Assembly: GCA_963842305.1 (NCBI GenBank)
Contig: CAWJFW010000006.1
Location: 7,722 to 71,721, forward strand
Reading direction: 5' to 3'
Origin: an uncultured Actinomycetes bacterium
Lineage (GTDB): Bacteria; Actinomycetota; Thermoleophilia; Gaiellales; Gaiellaceae
Length of the DNA stretch: 64,000 nt
The notes beneath the pieces were generated by a model, which saw only the letters and a list, made by a program, of their open reading frames with translations, had not been told where the DNA came from and made no database searches. Numbering within the stretch: the stretch's first letter is position 1; every line of letters starts with the position of its first letter. The position numbers and the translations under genes were made by a program. Shown in pieces: positions 9,330 through 18,085 of the stretch.

Positions 9330-12300
9330 CTAGGGTCCGACCGAGACGAGCCGGTCGACCGCGACGTTCGTAAGCCGCACCTCGCGCCCCGTCGGATAGC
9401 GCACGATCAGCGCCTGCAGCTTCGTGGCATCGCCGAGGCCGAAGTGCAGGCGCGGATCCTCCGACGACAGGTAGCTCCCGCCGGCCTGAACTTCCCTGAC
9501 GAGCCGACGCCCGCCGGGGAGCACGGCCGTGACCTTTGCACCCGGCGCGAACGTGCGGAGCTGCACCTCGAGCCAGTGCCCCGCGGCACCCGAGTTCCGT
9601 AGGAGGACGAGCCGCCCGGCGATCGAGCCGACCGCCACGTCGAGGTCGCCGTCGTTGTCGTAGTCGGCAGCTGCCAGGCCGCGCCCGTTGACGACCGGAC
9701 CGTTTGCCAGGCCGACTCCCGCGCTCACGTCGGCGATCTCCCCCCCGCCGCCGAGCACCTTGATGGGCTCCGCGTCCTCCTCCAGATTCGTCAGCGGAAT
9801 CGCGCCGTTCGCCAGCGCGAGGTCGAGACGCCCGTCGAGGTCGAGATCCGCCCACGAGACGCCCCAGCCTGCGAGGGTCGTGTCGAACGCAGAGGCGAAG
9901 TCCGGCCGCGCGTCTGCGAACTCTGACGCGGGGCCACGGCTGCGGAAGACGCCGTGGAGCTGGTGATGGGAGTTCGTCACGAAAAGATCGGGGCGACCGT
10001 CGCCGCTCGCATCGGCGGCCGCGATGCCCATGCCCGCGTTCCGGTCGTCGACGCCGGCCGCGCCTCCTCGCTCCTCGAAGCGGAACCCGAGCTCTCCGGC
10101 AGCCGGGACGTTCAGGTAGAGCCGGTTCGGATCGAGGTCGTTGGCGACGTAGAGGTCGACCCGCCCGTCGCCGTCGACGTCGGTGAACACGGCCCCGAGA
10201 CCGTGCTCGACCGCGTTCGTCTCGATCCCCGCCTCGTCCGTGACCTCGCGGAAGCGCGCATGCCCGGCGGCGTCCAGCCCGTCGTTCACATAGAGCCGGT
10301 CGCGAACGCCGGCGTAGGTCGAGGGGAAGCCGGAAGCGCCCTCGACCGGCGCATTCAGGTCCGCGTAGCCCGCGACGAACAGGTCGGGGCGCCCGTCGGC
10401 GTTCACGTCGCCGACCGTGGCCGCGGTGTGCCAGCCGTACGTGTCGATGCCGGCCGCGCGCGCGCCGTCGACGAACTTGCCGCCGCCCTCGTTCCAGAGG
10501 AGCGCGTCGTAGCCGGTCGCGGTCACGTAGAGATCCGTCCGCCCGTCTCCGTTGAAGTCGGCGGCGACGCACCCGTTCCCTCGCACCTGCAGGTCGGCGC
10601 CGGAACCGCGGCTCACGTCCGTGAACTTCCCGTTCACGTTCCGGTAGAGAGCGTTCCTCGGAAGGCCTCCGCGCTCCTTCCAGCGCGCGACGTCCACCGC
10701 GATCGAGTGGGAGTTGACCGCGTAGAGGTCGAGCCACCCGTCGTTGTCGAAGTCGAGCCAGCAGACCCCGCCGCCCATCATCGCCACGGGATCGGGCGAG
10801 GTCTCGAACCGGAAGGCGCCGTGTTGGAAATCGAGCCCCACGTGCCGGGCGACATCGACGAGGTGGATGCCGCCGAGCCCCGCCCCCGTCGTGACCGGCC
10901 CCGCGACCGGCGTCCCGCTGCCGACGTTCGTCCCCCCGCGCGATCCGATGATCACGTAGCGGCCATCCTGAAGGTCGAGCACGAGGACCTGCCGGAAGGA
11001 CGCCGGGTCGCCGCGGCTCTCGACCTGAGGGGGTGAGCCCGAATACGTGACGAGCTCTCGCGTGCCGGAAACCGTGGCGATGACGAGCGGTGCGGCCTGG
11101 CCGTCGCTCGGCTCCAGCGTCAGCTGCGCCCGCTCGACGTGGTAGTCGGGGGCGACCACCTCGGGGCCACGGGCGTCGATCTGCTTCCAGAGAGCAGCGA
11201 GACGTGCTCCGGCCGCGGCCTCGGTTGCTCGCTGCCGGTCACGGCCGGCGAGGGCCTCCCCCTCGACCCGGAGATTCGCGACGAGATCGCTTGCGATCCG
11301 GACCGCAGTCGCCCGGTCGATCTCCGTCGAGACGCCCTCGGTCGGGACGACGGTGATCTCCGGCAGCTCGCCGGCTTCGAGGACTGGGACGCTCGCGGCG
11401 GCCGTGTCGGTCCTGGCGGGACCGCCGGCGAGGACGACGAGGCCGGCGAACGCAGCCGAGCCCACGAGCGCCAGCGAGACGACGCGGAGGCGACCGCTCG
11501 GAGCCCACGGCGCGCCGATCCTCCCGCCGAGGATCTCGGCGACGGGACGGGCGGCGCAGACGAGCGCGAGTGCGCCGAGGACGGCGACCTTGGTTCCGAA
11601 CTCGGTCGTCTGCGGGGCGATCAGGAGCGTGGCCAAGAGCCCGATCCCGACGGCGTAGGCGCGCCGGCCGCGCCGGCCGGCCGGAATCGTCTTCGGGTCG
11701 GTGATCATGAAGAAGAGGAAGACGAGGATCTCGGGCGAGAAGACGAGCACGCGCCAGAACTCCCAGCCCGTGACCGGGCCGAGATGCCAGCGCGAGGTCA
11801 TCTCGTGCCCGCTCGCCGCCAGCACGGCGATGCCCACGGCGAAAGCGACCCAGAAGAAGATTGCGATCTCCAGGAGGCGGAGCCGGGTGAGGATCGCGAG
11901 TCCGCCGACGAGGATGACGGCAAGCGCGAGCCCCATCCAGACGGACATCGGCCCCCACCAGAGATCGAGCGGATCGGCCCGCGCTGCGCCGAGCAGCAGG
12001 AAGCAGAGGACGAGGCCGAAGTTCGACGGGTTGAAGACATGGCGGCCCCGGAAGGTGATGACGTACTTCGAGAGCAGCGCGACTGCGGCCGTCCCCGCGA
12101 AGATCCACCAGCCGTGCAGGCTCCACCAGTCACCGTGCTCCGTTCCGGGCACTCGGAGGACGAAGGCGACGCCGTTCCCGGTCAAGAGCGCGCTCGCGGG
12201 CCACATGAGCACCTGCTGGCGACGAAGGGTGATCCCGACCTCCAGCACGGCGCACGTGAGGAGCGAAACCAGGATCTGCGCGATGGAGAGCTGGAACCCG

Positions 12301-12446
12301 AACGCCGTCTGTCCGAGCACCTGCAGCGTGATGATCACGGCGGCCAGGTGAAGCCGTGGGTCCCGGGCAGTCGGGAGCAGGATCGGATACTGCGTGCCGC
12401 GGATCCGAACGCTCGGTCGGCCGGCGGCGACAGCGGGTGCGCTCAT
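9330..12446 (-). CDS. Fusion protein: RnfD/NqrB-like polytopic membrane domain + FG-GAP/VCBS repeats + ASPIC/UnbV C-terminal domain (CRTAC1-like)
   Basis: N-terminal roughly 320 aa are polytopic, with HVFNPSNFG and FFMITDPKT motifs reminiscent of RnfD/NqrB. The C-terminal part has repeated D.DGDG..D motifs (FDNDGWLDLY, DFNGDGRTDLY, DVNADGRPDLF, DVDGDGRVDLY, DASGDGRPDLF, DLDLDGRLDL, DYDNDGDLDV) and the UnbV-like tail ..GGSYLSSEDPRLHFGLG. Confidence 0.8.
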   Translation of the reverse strand: MSAPAVAAGRPSVRIRGTQYPILLPTARDPRLHLAAVIITLQVLGQTAFGFQLSIAQILVSLLTCAVLEVGITLRRQQVLMWPASALLTGNGVAFVLRVPGTEHGDWWSLHGWWIFAGTAAVALLSKYVITFRGRHVFNPSNFGLVLCFLLLGAARADPLDLWWGPMSVWMGLALAVILVGGLAILTRLRLLEIAIFFWVAFAVGIAVLAASGHEMTSRWHLGPVTGWEFWRVLVFSPEILVFLFFMITDPKTIPAGRRGRRAYAVGIGLLATLLIAPQTTEFGTKVAVLGALALVCAARPVAEILGGRIGAPWAPSGRLRVVSLALVGSAAFAGLVVLAGGPARTDTAAASVPVLEAGELPEITVVPTEGVSTEIDRATAVRIASDLVANLRVEGEALAGRDRQRATEAAAGARLAALWKQIDARGPEVVAPDYHVERAQLTLEPSDGQAAPLVIATVSGTRELVTYSGSPPQVESRGDPASFRQVLVLDLQDGRYVIIGSRGGTNVGSGTPVAGPVTTGAGLGGIHLVDVARHVGLDFQHGAFRFETSPDPVAMMGGGVCWLDFDNDGWLDLYAVNSHSIAVDVARWKERGGLPRNALYRNVNGKFTDVSRGSGADLQVRGNGCVAADFNGDGRTDLYVTATGYDALLWNEGGGKFVDGARAAGIDTYGWHTAATVGDVNADGRPDLFVAGYADLNAPVEGASGFPSTYAGVRDRLYVNDGLDAAGHARFREVTDEAGIETNAVEHGLGAVFTDVDGDGRVDLYVANDLDPNRLYLNVPAAGELGFRFEERGGAAGVDDRNAGMGIAAADASGDGRPDLFVTNSHHQLHGVFRSRGPASEFADARPDFASAFDTTLAGWGVSWADLDLDGRLDLALANGAIPLTNLEEDAEPIKVLGGGGEIADVSAGVGLANGPVVNGRGLAAADYDNDGDLDVAVGSIAGRLVLLRNSGAAGHWLEVQLRTFAPGAKVTAVLPGGRRLVREVQAGGSYLSSEDPRLHFGLGDATKLQALIVRYPTGREVRLTNVAVDRLVSVGP

Positions 12447-12523
12447 CGGAAAATCATGCTACTGCGATGAGTCTCGTGTCGATTCGTCGTCGTAGAGGTA
12501 ACGACGATCAAGGAGCCGCTGAC

Positions 12524-13000
12524 ATGCAGAAGAAGATCACCACGTTCCTCACGTACGACGGCCAGGCCGAGGAGGCGGCAAATCTCTATACCTCCGTCTT
12601 CGACGACTCGCGGATCGTGAGCACGACCCGCTACGGCGAAGGTGGGCCCGGCGCGCCGGGGAGCGTCATGTCGGTGACGTTCGAGCTGGCCGGGCAGGAG
12701 TTCTTCGCGCTCAACGGCGGGCCGTCGTTCAGCTTCACGCCGGGCATCTCGCTGTTCGTCGACTGCGAGACCCAGGAGGAGGTCGACGATCTCTGGGAGC
12801 GGCTTTCCGAAGGCGGCGAGAAGGGCCCGTGCGGCTGGCTCACCGATCGCTTCGGCGTGTCGTGGCAGATCATCCCGCGCACCCTGGGCGAGCTGCTCGG
12901 TGACGATGACAGGGAGAAGGCGCAGCGGGTCATGCAGGCGATGATGCAGATGAGCAAGATCGACATCGCAGGCTTGCAGCGCGCCTACGACTCGGCCTGA
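12524..13000 (+). CDS. VOC superfamily protein (PhnB / 3-demethylubiquinone-9 methyltransferase-domain type)
   Basis: ATG 12524 after AAGGAG. MQKKITTFLTYDGQAEEAANLYTSVF...CGWLTDRFGVSWQI is typical of this family. Confidence 0.8.
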   Translation: MQKKITTFLTYDGQAEEAANLYTSVFDDSRIVSTTRYGEGGPGAPGSVMSVTFELAGQEFFALNGGPSFSFTPGISLFVDCETQEEVDDLWERLSEGGEKGPCGWLTDRFGVSWQIIPRTLGELLGDDDREKAQRVMQAMMQMSKIDIAGLQRAYDSA

Positions 13001-13079
13001 GCTGCGGGCGCCGGGGCGGCGTTTGACACGTGGCAGCAGGCGTCCTATCGTCGGGCCAGCGCGCGTCAGGTTTTGCGCC

Positions 13080-14375
13080 ATGGCCGTTGTCGTTCGCAGG
13101 ACACTTCTCGCTCTCCTTCCGGTCTTCGCCGTCGCAGGAGTGATGGCGCCGGCCGCGGGCGCCGCGGCGGGGGATCTGGACACGACGTTCAGCGGGAACG
13201 GCAAGGTGCTCACCGACTTCGCGGCCAATGCGAACGACTTCTCGGGCGCCGCGGGCGTCGTGATCCAGGCCGACGGGAAGATCGTGACCGCCGGCAGGGT
13301 CGGCCTGGACGGCGGCCGCTTCGCGCTCATCCGCTACGACACCGACGGGACGCTCGACACCACGTTCGGCGGCGACGGGAAGGTGGCGACGAACTTCACG
13401 AGCGAGGACGACTTCGCAACGTCCATCGCCCTCCAGGCGGACGGAAAGATCGTGGTCGCGGGAGGGGTGGGCGGCGTCAGCAGGTTCGGCCTCGCGCGCT
13501 ACAACACCGACGGGACGCTCGACACCACCTTCGGCGGCGACGGGAAGGTGATCACGAGATTCCTCAACGCGATCCCAAAACTGAGGTTCGCGGTCCCCAA
13601 CGCGGTCGCGATCCAGGGAGACGGGAAGATCGTCGCCGCCGGGACGGTCGACTTCGACCAGTTCGCCCTGGTCCGCTACGACACGGACGGGTCGCTCGAC
13701 GACGCCTTCGGCGGCGACGGCCGCGTGACCACGAACTTCTCGATCGTCTCCGACTGGGCAAGCGCGGTGATCGTCCAGACGGACGGGAAGATCGTCGCCG
13801 CGGGGACGGCCGGGTCGACCGAGTTCAGCGGCACGTTCGCCCTCGCCCGCTACAACGCCGACGGCACGCTCGACGACACCTTTGGCGGAGACGGGAAGGT
13901 GAGGACCGACTTCAACGACGAGCAGGACGTCGCCTTCGCGCTCGCCCAGCAGACCGACGGCAAAATCGTGGCCGCCGGGGGCGGCGACGCCAGTGGCGGC
14001 AGGGCGGCACTCGCCCGCTACGACACGAACGGGAGCCTCGACTCCACCTTCAGCGGCGACGGCAAGGTGAGGACCGACTTCACCGCCGGGATCGACGCGG
14101 CCCGCGGCGTCGTCATCCAGGCCGACGGGAAGATCGTGACCGCCGGCACCGGGGGCTACCGACGGTTCGCGCTGGCCCGCTACGGAACCGACGGATCGCT
14201 CGATGCGACGTTCGGCGTCGGTGGAAAGGTGCTCACGGACTTCACAAGACAGTCCGGACTCACCGTGGAGCTCGCAACGGGAGTGGCCCTCCAGGCCGAC
14301 GGAAAAATCGTTGCGGCTGGCCTTGCGGGCGTGAACAGCGGCCGGTTCGCCCTCGCCCGCTACCTCGCCGCCTAG
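13080..14375 (+). CDS. Secreted delta-60 repeat protein (7 repeats of about 60 aa, probable beta-propeller)
   Basis: Signal peptide MAVVVRRTLLALLPVFAVAGVMAPAAGAAAG, then seven repeats of the pattern ..ARYNTDGTLDTTFGGDGKV.TDF......A.A...Q.DGKIV.AG. Confidence 0.8.
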   Translation: MAVVVRRTLLALLPVFAVAGVMAPAAGAAAGDLDTTFSGNGKVLTDFAANANDFSGAAGVVIQADGKIVTAGRVGLDGGRFALIRYDTDGTLDTTFGGDGKVATNFTSEDDFATSIALQADGKIVVAGGVGGVSRFGLARYNTDGTLDTTFGGDGKVITRFLNAIPKLRFAVPNAVAIQGDGKIVAAGTVDFDQFALVRYDTDGSLDDAFGGDGRVTTNFSIVSDWASAVIVQTDGKIVAAGTAGSTEFSGTFALARYNADGTLDDTFGGDGKVRTDFNDEQDVAFALAQQTDGKIVAAGGGDASGGRAALARYDTNGSLDSTFSGDGKVRTDFTAGIDAARGVVIQADGKIVTAGTGGYRRFALARYGTDGSLDATFGVGGKVLTDFTRQSGLTVELATGVALQADGKIVAAGLAGVNSGRFALARYLAA

Positions 14376-14747
14376 TCAGGGGCCGGTGAGCGCGCCGACG
14401 GCCTCTTCGAGCTCCGCGCAGACGGCGTCGGCCACGTAGACAGTCCAGGGGTGGGCGGGCGTCCCGCCGGTGTATGCCACCACCGGCTTGCCGAGCGCAT
14501 GCGCATACCAGGCCTCCATCGCGGTGCCCTCGTCCGGCGCCGTGAACGCGGCCAGGACGGCGTCGCAGGATCGAATCTCGGCGAGGTCGGACTCGACGAT
14601 CTCGGCCTCGTGGCCGCTGGTTCGGCCCCTGAAGTCGCGCCGCATGGGATCGATCGCCTCCCAGCCGGCCTCGGCCAGGAGGTGCGTCGCGCGCCGCCGG
14701 TACTCCTCCGCGTACGGCGGGCCAGCGAGGTAGACCCGCCGGCTCAT
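14376..14747 (-). CDS. Nucleoside 2-deoxyribosyltransferase-like protein
   Basis: RVYLAGP.. N-terminus, ..CDAVLA.. and ..GTAMEAWYAHALGKPVVAY.. are characteristic of the NDT-like fold. Confidence 0.75.
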   Translation of the reverse strand: MSRRVYLAGPPYAEEYRRRATHLLAEAGWEAIDPMRRDFRGRTSGHEAEIVESDLAEIRSCDAVLAAFTAPDEGTAMEAWYAHALGKPVVAYTGGTPAHPWTVYVADAVCAELEEAVGALTGP

Positions 14748-14804
14748 CGGTGCAGATCCAGCGTCACGAGCCTCCTGGGCCGGGTCCCCGTACAGTAGAG
14801 AGCC

Positions 14805-15188
14805 ATGAAAGGCTCAGCCCGCTCGACCGAGTTCGTCGCGCTCGGACACGCCGGCTCGGAGCACTACGCCGGTCTCGAGACATTCCTCAACCCAGGTGTG
14901 TCGCACGTCGAGATGACCAGCGACGAACTCACGGCCATTTGCCCCGTGACGAGCCAGCCCGACCTGTACGTCGCCGCCATCGAGTACTGGCCGGACGAGC
15001 TCTGCCTCGAGTCGAAGTCGCTCAAGCTCTACCTCAACCGGTACCGCACGGAAGGACATTTCTGCGAGGCCCTCGCGGTCCTCATCCGAAACGACGTCGC
15101 CAAGGCGCTCGGGCTCGAAGCCGAAAAGGTACGCGTCACCTTGAACCAGAAGGCCCGCGGCGGGATTTCGATCACGACGACCACGTAG
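14805..15188 (+). CDS. queF: NADPH-dependent 7-cyano-7-deazaguanine (preQ0) reductase, type I
   Basis: ..ELTAICPVTSQPDLY.. with the catalytic Cys, ..ESKSLKLYLNRYR.. and ..HFCEAL.. are QueF signature motifs. 127 aa is unimodular size. Confidence 0.9.
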   Translation: MKGSARSTEFVALGHAGSEHYAGLETFLNPGVSHVEMTSDELTAICPVTSQPDLYVAAIEYWPDELCLESKSLKLYLNRYRTEGHFCEALAVLIRNDVAKALGLEAEKVRVTLNQKARGGISITTTT

Positions 15189-15213
15189 ATTCCGCGAGTC
15201 CAGGTAGCAGGAG

Positions 15214-15414
15214 TCAGTCGGTCTTCGGGCTGACGAGGACGATCTGCTCGTAGCGCACGAAGAGCTCTCTGCCGGCCTTCTGGAGCGGAACCCACTCCGC
15301 CCCGTATCGACCCTCGCGCTTCAGGAACAGCTCGAGCTCCCGTTGTACAGAGTGCCCCTCCTCGATGGGAATCGAGTAGTTCTGTCCGTTCGTCAACGTG
15401 ACTTCGAGAAACAC
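15214..15414 (-). CDS. Small hypothetical protein (66 aa)
   Basis: Clean ORF in a visibly lower-GC stretch; no family recognised. Confidence 0.5.
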   Translation of the reverse strand: MFLEVTLTNGQNYSIPIEEGHSVQRELELFLKREGRYGAEWVPLQKAGRELFVRYEQIVLVSPKTD

Positions 15415-15478
15415 GGCCTGACTCTATCCGGCCGTTTGCGGCGTCGCGGATCGGCTGTGCTCTCGGTCGGGCCCGGAC

Positions 15479-15673
15479 CTAGCGCGCCAGCTCCCGATCG
15501 ACCCTGTGCCCTTCACCTTCGCGGTCGTCCCGCTCCTCCTCGGCCAGCCGGGTAGCGTGTGACAAGCGGTCTTCTTCCTCCTCGGCGCCGGACTCGGCCA
15601 CCTGCCAGTGGGCCTCCGTTGACCGCTCATGATTTCGGTCGGCGCGCTCTCGATCTCGTTTTTCGTCAGCCAC
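15479..15673 (-). CDS. Possible small highly charged (Glu/Arg/Asp-rich) protein
   Basis: GTG 15673. The upstream part of track ORF 15479..15805 is occupied by a terminator hairpin, so only the distal 64 codons are plausible. Weak Shine-Dalgarno. Confidence 0.3.
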   Translation of the reverse strand: MADEKRDRERADRNHERSTEAHWQVAESGAEEEEDRLSHATRLAEEERDDREGEGHRVDRELAR

Positions 15674-15763
15674 ATCCGCCAGGGTAGCGTGATCGACCCG
15701 CGGTCGTGGTAACCCCGGCCGGCCGCTCGCTCTGCCGGGCCACGAGCCCGCGACCGACCAGCA

Positions 15764-15792
15764 AAGAAGGCCCGCGAAACGCGGGCCTTCTT
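15764..15792 (-). terminator. Intrinsic terminator downstream of 15813..16127
   Basis: 13-bp perfect stem AAGAAGGCCCGCG / CGCGGGCCTTCTT with a 3-nt loop, followed on the minus strand by TGCTGG (the stem itself ends in TT). Confidence 0.65.
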
Positions 15793-15812
15793 CATCGAAC
15801 TCCACGGAGCCG

Positions 15813-16127
15813 TTACGCCCGGACGAATCCGTTCGCCTTGTGCACGATCACCTCTCCGCCCGAGATCTTGGGCGGGTTCGGAAGTGCCGTGTCCAGCTTC
15901 TCATCGCGCACCCATTCGGCTGCGACGCGTGTCGATTCGTCGGCCTGCGCCGAAGTGTCGGAGAAGCTGATCGACCTCACGACGTCGTCCCCAGCCTCGA
16001 TGAGGTAGTAGCCGCCGAAGCCCGGCAGCTTGCTCAGGCGGGGCAGCAGGCTCTCGTCGACCTTCTTGGACAACTCGTCGGTGCGACTCTTGTCGACACC
16101 CTCGTAGCGTCTCACGGTGGCATGCAT
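15813..16127 (-). CDS. ABM-like / ferredoxin-fold small protein (104 aa)
   Basis: MHATVRRYEGVD...LPGFGGYYLIEAGDDVVRSISFSDT.. follows the same general pattern as the tandem protein at 2756..3397. Confidence 0.6.
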   Translation of the reverse strand: MHATVRRYEGVDKSRTDELSKKVDESLLPRLSKLPGFGGYYLIEAGDDVVRSISFSDTSAQADESTRVAAEWVRDEKLDTALPNPPKISGGEVIVHKANGFVRA

Positions 16128-16285
16128 GTGATGCTCCTAACTCTCTCTTCGTTCAAAGGTGGAGAACCCAAGTGAGCTCTCCTTGGCTGCACGCAGGCCC
16201 GGATGTGACAGTCGAAGAGGAAAAGAGTCGGAGCCTCGACGGCTTCCGTGGTTGTCCTCGCGCAACTGAAAGAGTAGCATACTTC

Positions 16286-16314
16286 TTGACAACGTGAATT
16301 TACGTCACTACGTT
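16286..16314 (+). promoter_or_regulatory. Sigma-70-type promoter candidate for 16344..16994
   Basis: TTGACA (16286-16291), 17-nt spacer, TACGTT (16309-16314), then AGGAGG at 16333-16338 and GTG at 16344. The spacer and flank contain four ACGT-core repeats (aACGTGaatTTACGTCACTACGTttttCTACGTT). Confidence 0.5.
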
Positions 16315-16343
16315 TTTCTACGTTATCTCTTTAGGAGGCGACG

Positions 16344-16994
16344 GTGTGCCCATTCTCGGTAACTCTGCAGCACGTTCCGGATCGGGAACTCGGCCCACTA
16401 CTTACTGAGCTGGCGAAGGCAGGCTTCCACAATCCGATCATCAAGCCTGCTGCTGCCGATCGTGGATTTAGCCGAGCGGCTGGTCGCACTCGCGGGCGGA
16501 AGGCGGATCTCCCGGACGACTGGCGGCCCGTGAGGGAACGGGAGGGCGAGTCGTATCAATGGCCGGAAGAGCGTGATAACTTCGCGCGCTACCGCGTGTT
16601 CCTTGGCACGACGCGCGCCGAGGGCGCGGTTCACATCGGACTTGGCGAGACGATCCGCAGCAATAGATGGGGACGCGACCGAAAATACGTCGTCGCCTTT
16701 ATGAGCTCTGGGTCCCCGCAGCAACCCCTCGCCGAGTTTGTCGCAGCTGATGACTACGAGGAGACACGCGAACTCGTCGCAGTCATCCGAGGGAGCGACG
16801 GAGGTCGGCGCATGTACGGGGTCGGCGACACGCTTCCCGGCGTGTACACGGAAGAATTCCGAACTCAGATGTACAGCGAGCGGGTCGTCTATCGAGGTGT
16901 CTGGCACAAGGTCGTCGTGGTCGCACGCGAGGACGACGACACGACCATGCTCAACCACGCCCTGCTCCAGAGCCGACGCCGCTATCCAACGTAA
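16344..16994 (+). CDS. Hypothetical protein (216 aa), orphan
   Basis: Strong promoter and Shine-Dalgarno context. GC is visibly lower than the flanks. No motif recognised. Confidence 0.65.
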   Translation: MCPFSVTLQHVPDRELGPLLTELAKAGFHNPIIKPAAADRGFSRAAGRTRGRKADLPDDWRPVREREGESYQWPEERDNFARYRVFLGTTRAEGAVHIGLGETIRSNRWGRDRKYVVAFMSSGSPQQPLAEFVAADDYEETRELVAVIRGSDGGRRMYGVGDTLPGVYTEEFRTQMYSERVVYRGVWHKVVVVAREDDDTTMLNHALLQSRRRYPT

Positions 16995-17027
16995 GGCGGC
17001 GCAAGCCGGTCTGTTGCAGGTCTTTCA

Positions 17028-17100
<73 letters not shown>

Positions 17101-17143
17101 GCGCGGGTCACAGTCTAGCGACGCTCCGCCTTAAGATTACGCG

Positions 17144-18025
17144 ATGAAAGCCGTCGCCCTCGACGGCGCCGGGCAACCGGCGCTCACCGAGATCCCCGAG
17201 CCGAGTGGCGAGGGTGAACTTGTGTCCGTGCGGGCCTGCGGGCTCTGCGGGACGGACGTCCAGAAGCTGGGGCGGGCGGCGAAAGGTACGGTGCTCGGCC
17301 ACGAGGTGCTCGCCCTGGACTCGGACGGAAGGCGGGTCGTCCTCGTCCACCACCTCTCTTGCGGCGAGTGCGCACGCTGCCGGGCGGGGCACGAGACGAC
17401 CTGCGAGCGCTTCCCCGAGGCGACGATCGTCCCCGGCGGCTTCGCCGAGCGCGCCCTGGCACGCGAGACGATGCTGCTTCCCGACGGCGTCGACGACGCG
17501 ACCGGTACCTTCACCGAGCCGCTCGCCTGCGTCCTCCGGGCCGCCGAGCGCCTCCCGAGGGGGCGCGTGCTCGTCGTCGGCTGCGGGTTCGCCGGCCTGC
17601 TCTTCGTCCAGGCGCTCGTCCGGCGCGGCGACGAGGTGTTCGCGGCCGACCCATTGCCACACAGGCTCGAACTCGCCCTCGGCTTCGGCGCCGGGGCCGC
17701 GGACGGCCCTGTCGACGCCGTCGTCCTCTGCGCCCACGCCGGCCTCGACGGGGCGCTCGCCTCGCTCGAGGCCGGCGGCACGCTGCTCGTCTTCTCGTGG
17801 CTGACGGAGCCCGTGCCTCTCGACTTCGAGCAGATCTTGCGACGGGAGCTCGCCCTGATCGGCTCCTGCTCGGCGACGCCGGCGGCCATGCGCGAGGCGC
17901 TCGCGGTGCTGCCCGAGCTCGAGCCGATCCCGACCCTAACGTTGCCACTCGAGCGGTTCGCCGAGGGCCTGGAGCTCTATCGAAGCCACGAAGCGGTCAA
18001 GGTCGTCTTCACGCCGACGGCGTGA
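17144..18025 (+). CDS. Zinc-binding medium-chain dehydrogenase/reductase
   Basis: ..VRACGLCGTDV.., GHE, and the structural-zinc CGECARCRAGHETTC motif. Confidence 0.85.
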   Translation: MKAVALDGAGQPALTEIPEPSGEGELVSVRACGLCGTDVQKLGRAAKGTVLGHEVLALDSDGRRVVLVHHLSCGECARCRAGHETTCERFPEATIVPGGFAERALARETMLLPDGVDDATGTFTEPLACVLRAAERLPRGRVLVVGCGFAGLLFVQALVRRGDEVFAADPLPHRLELALGFGAGAADGPVDAVVLCAHAGLDGALASLEAGGTLLVFSWLTEPVPLDFEQILRRELALIGSCSATPAAMREALAVLPELEPIPTLTLPLERFAEGLELYRSHEAVKVVFTPTA

Positions 18026-18085
18026 CTGCGTGTCTCGACGCACAACGTTGACACTTCAACGCCATCGCCTCTAGCCTGGCGCTCC

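Noticed and set aside
14748-14804. A preQ1 riboswitch upstream of queF.
   Set aside because: The intergenic region is only 57 nt and shows no recognisable preQ1-I or preQ1-II hairpin with an A-rich tail. It is more likely a plain divergent promoter.
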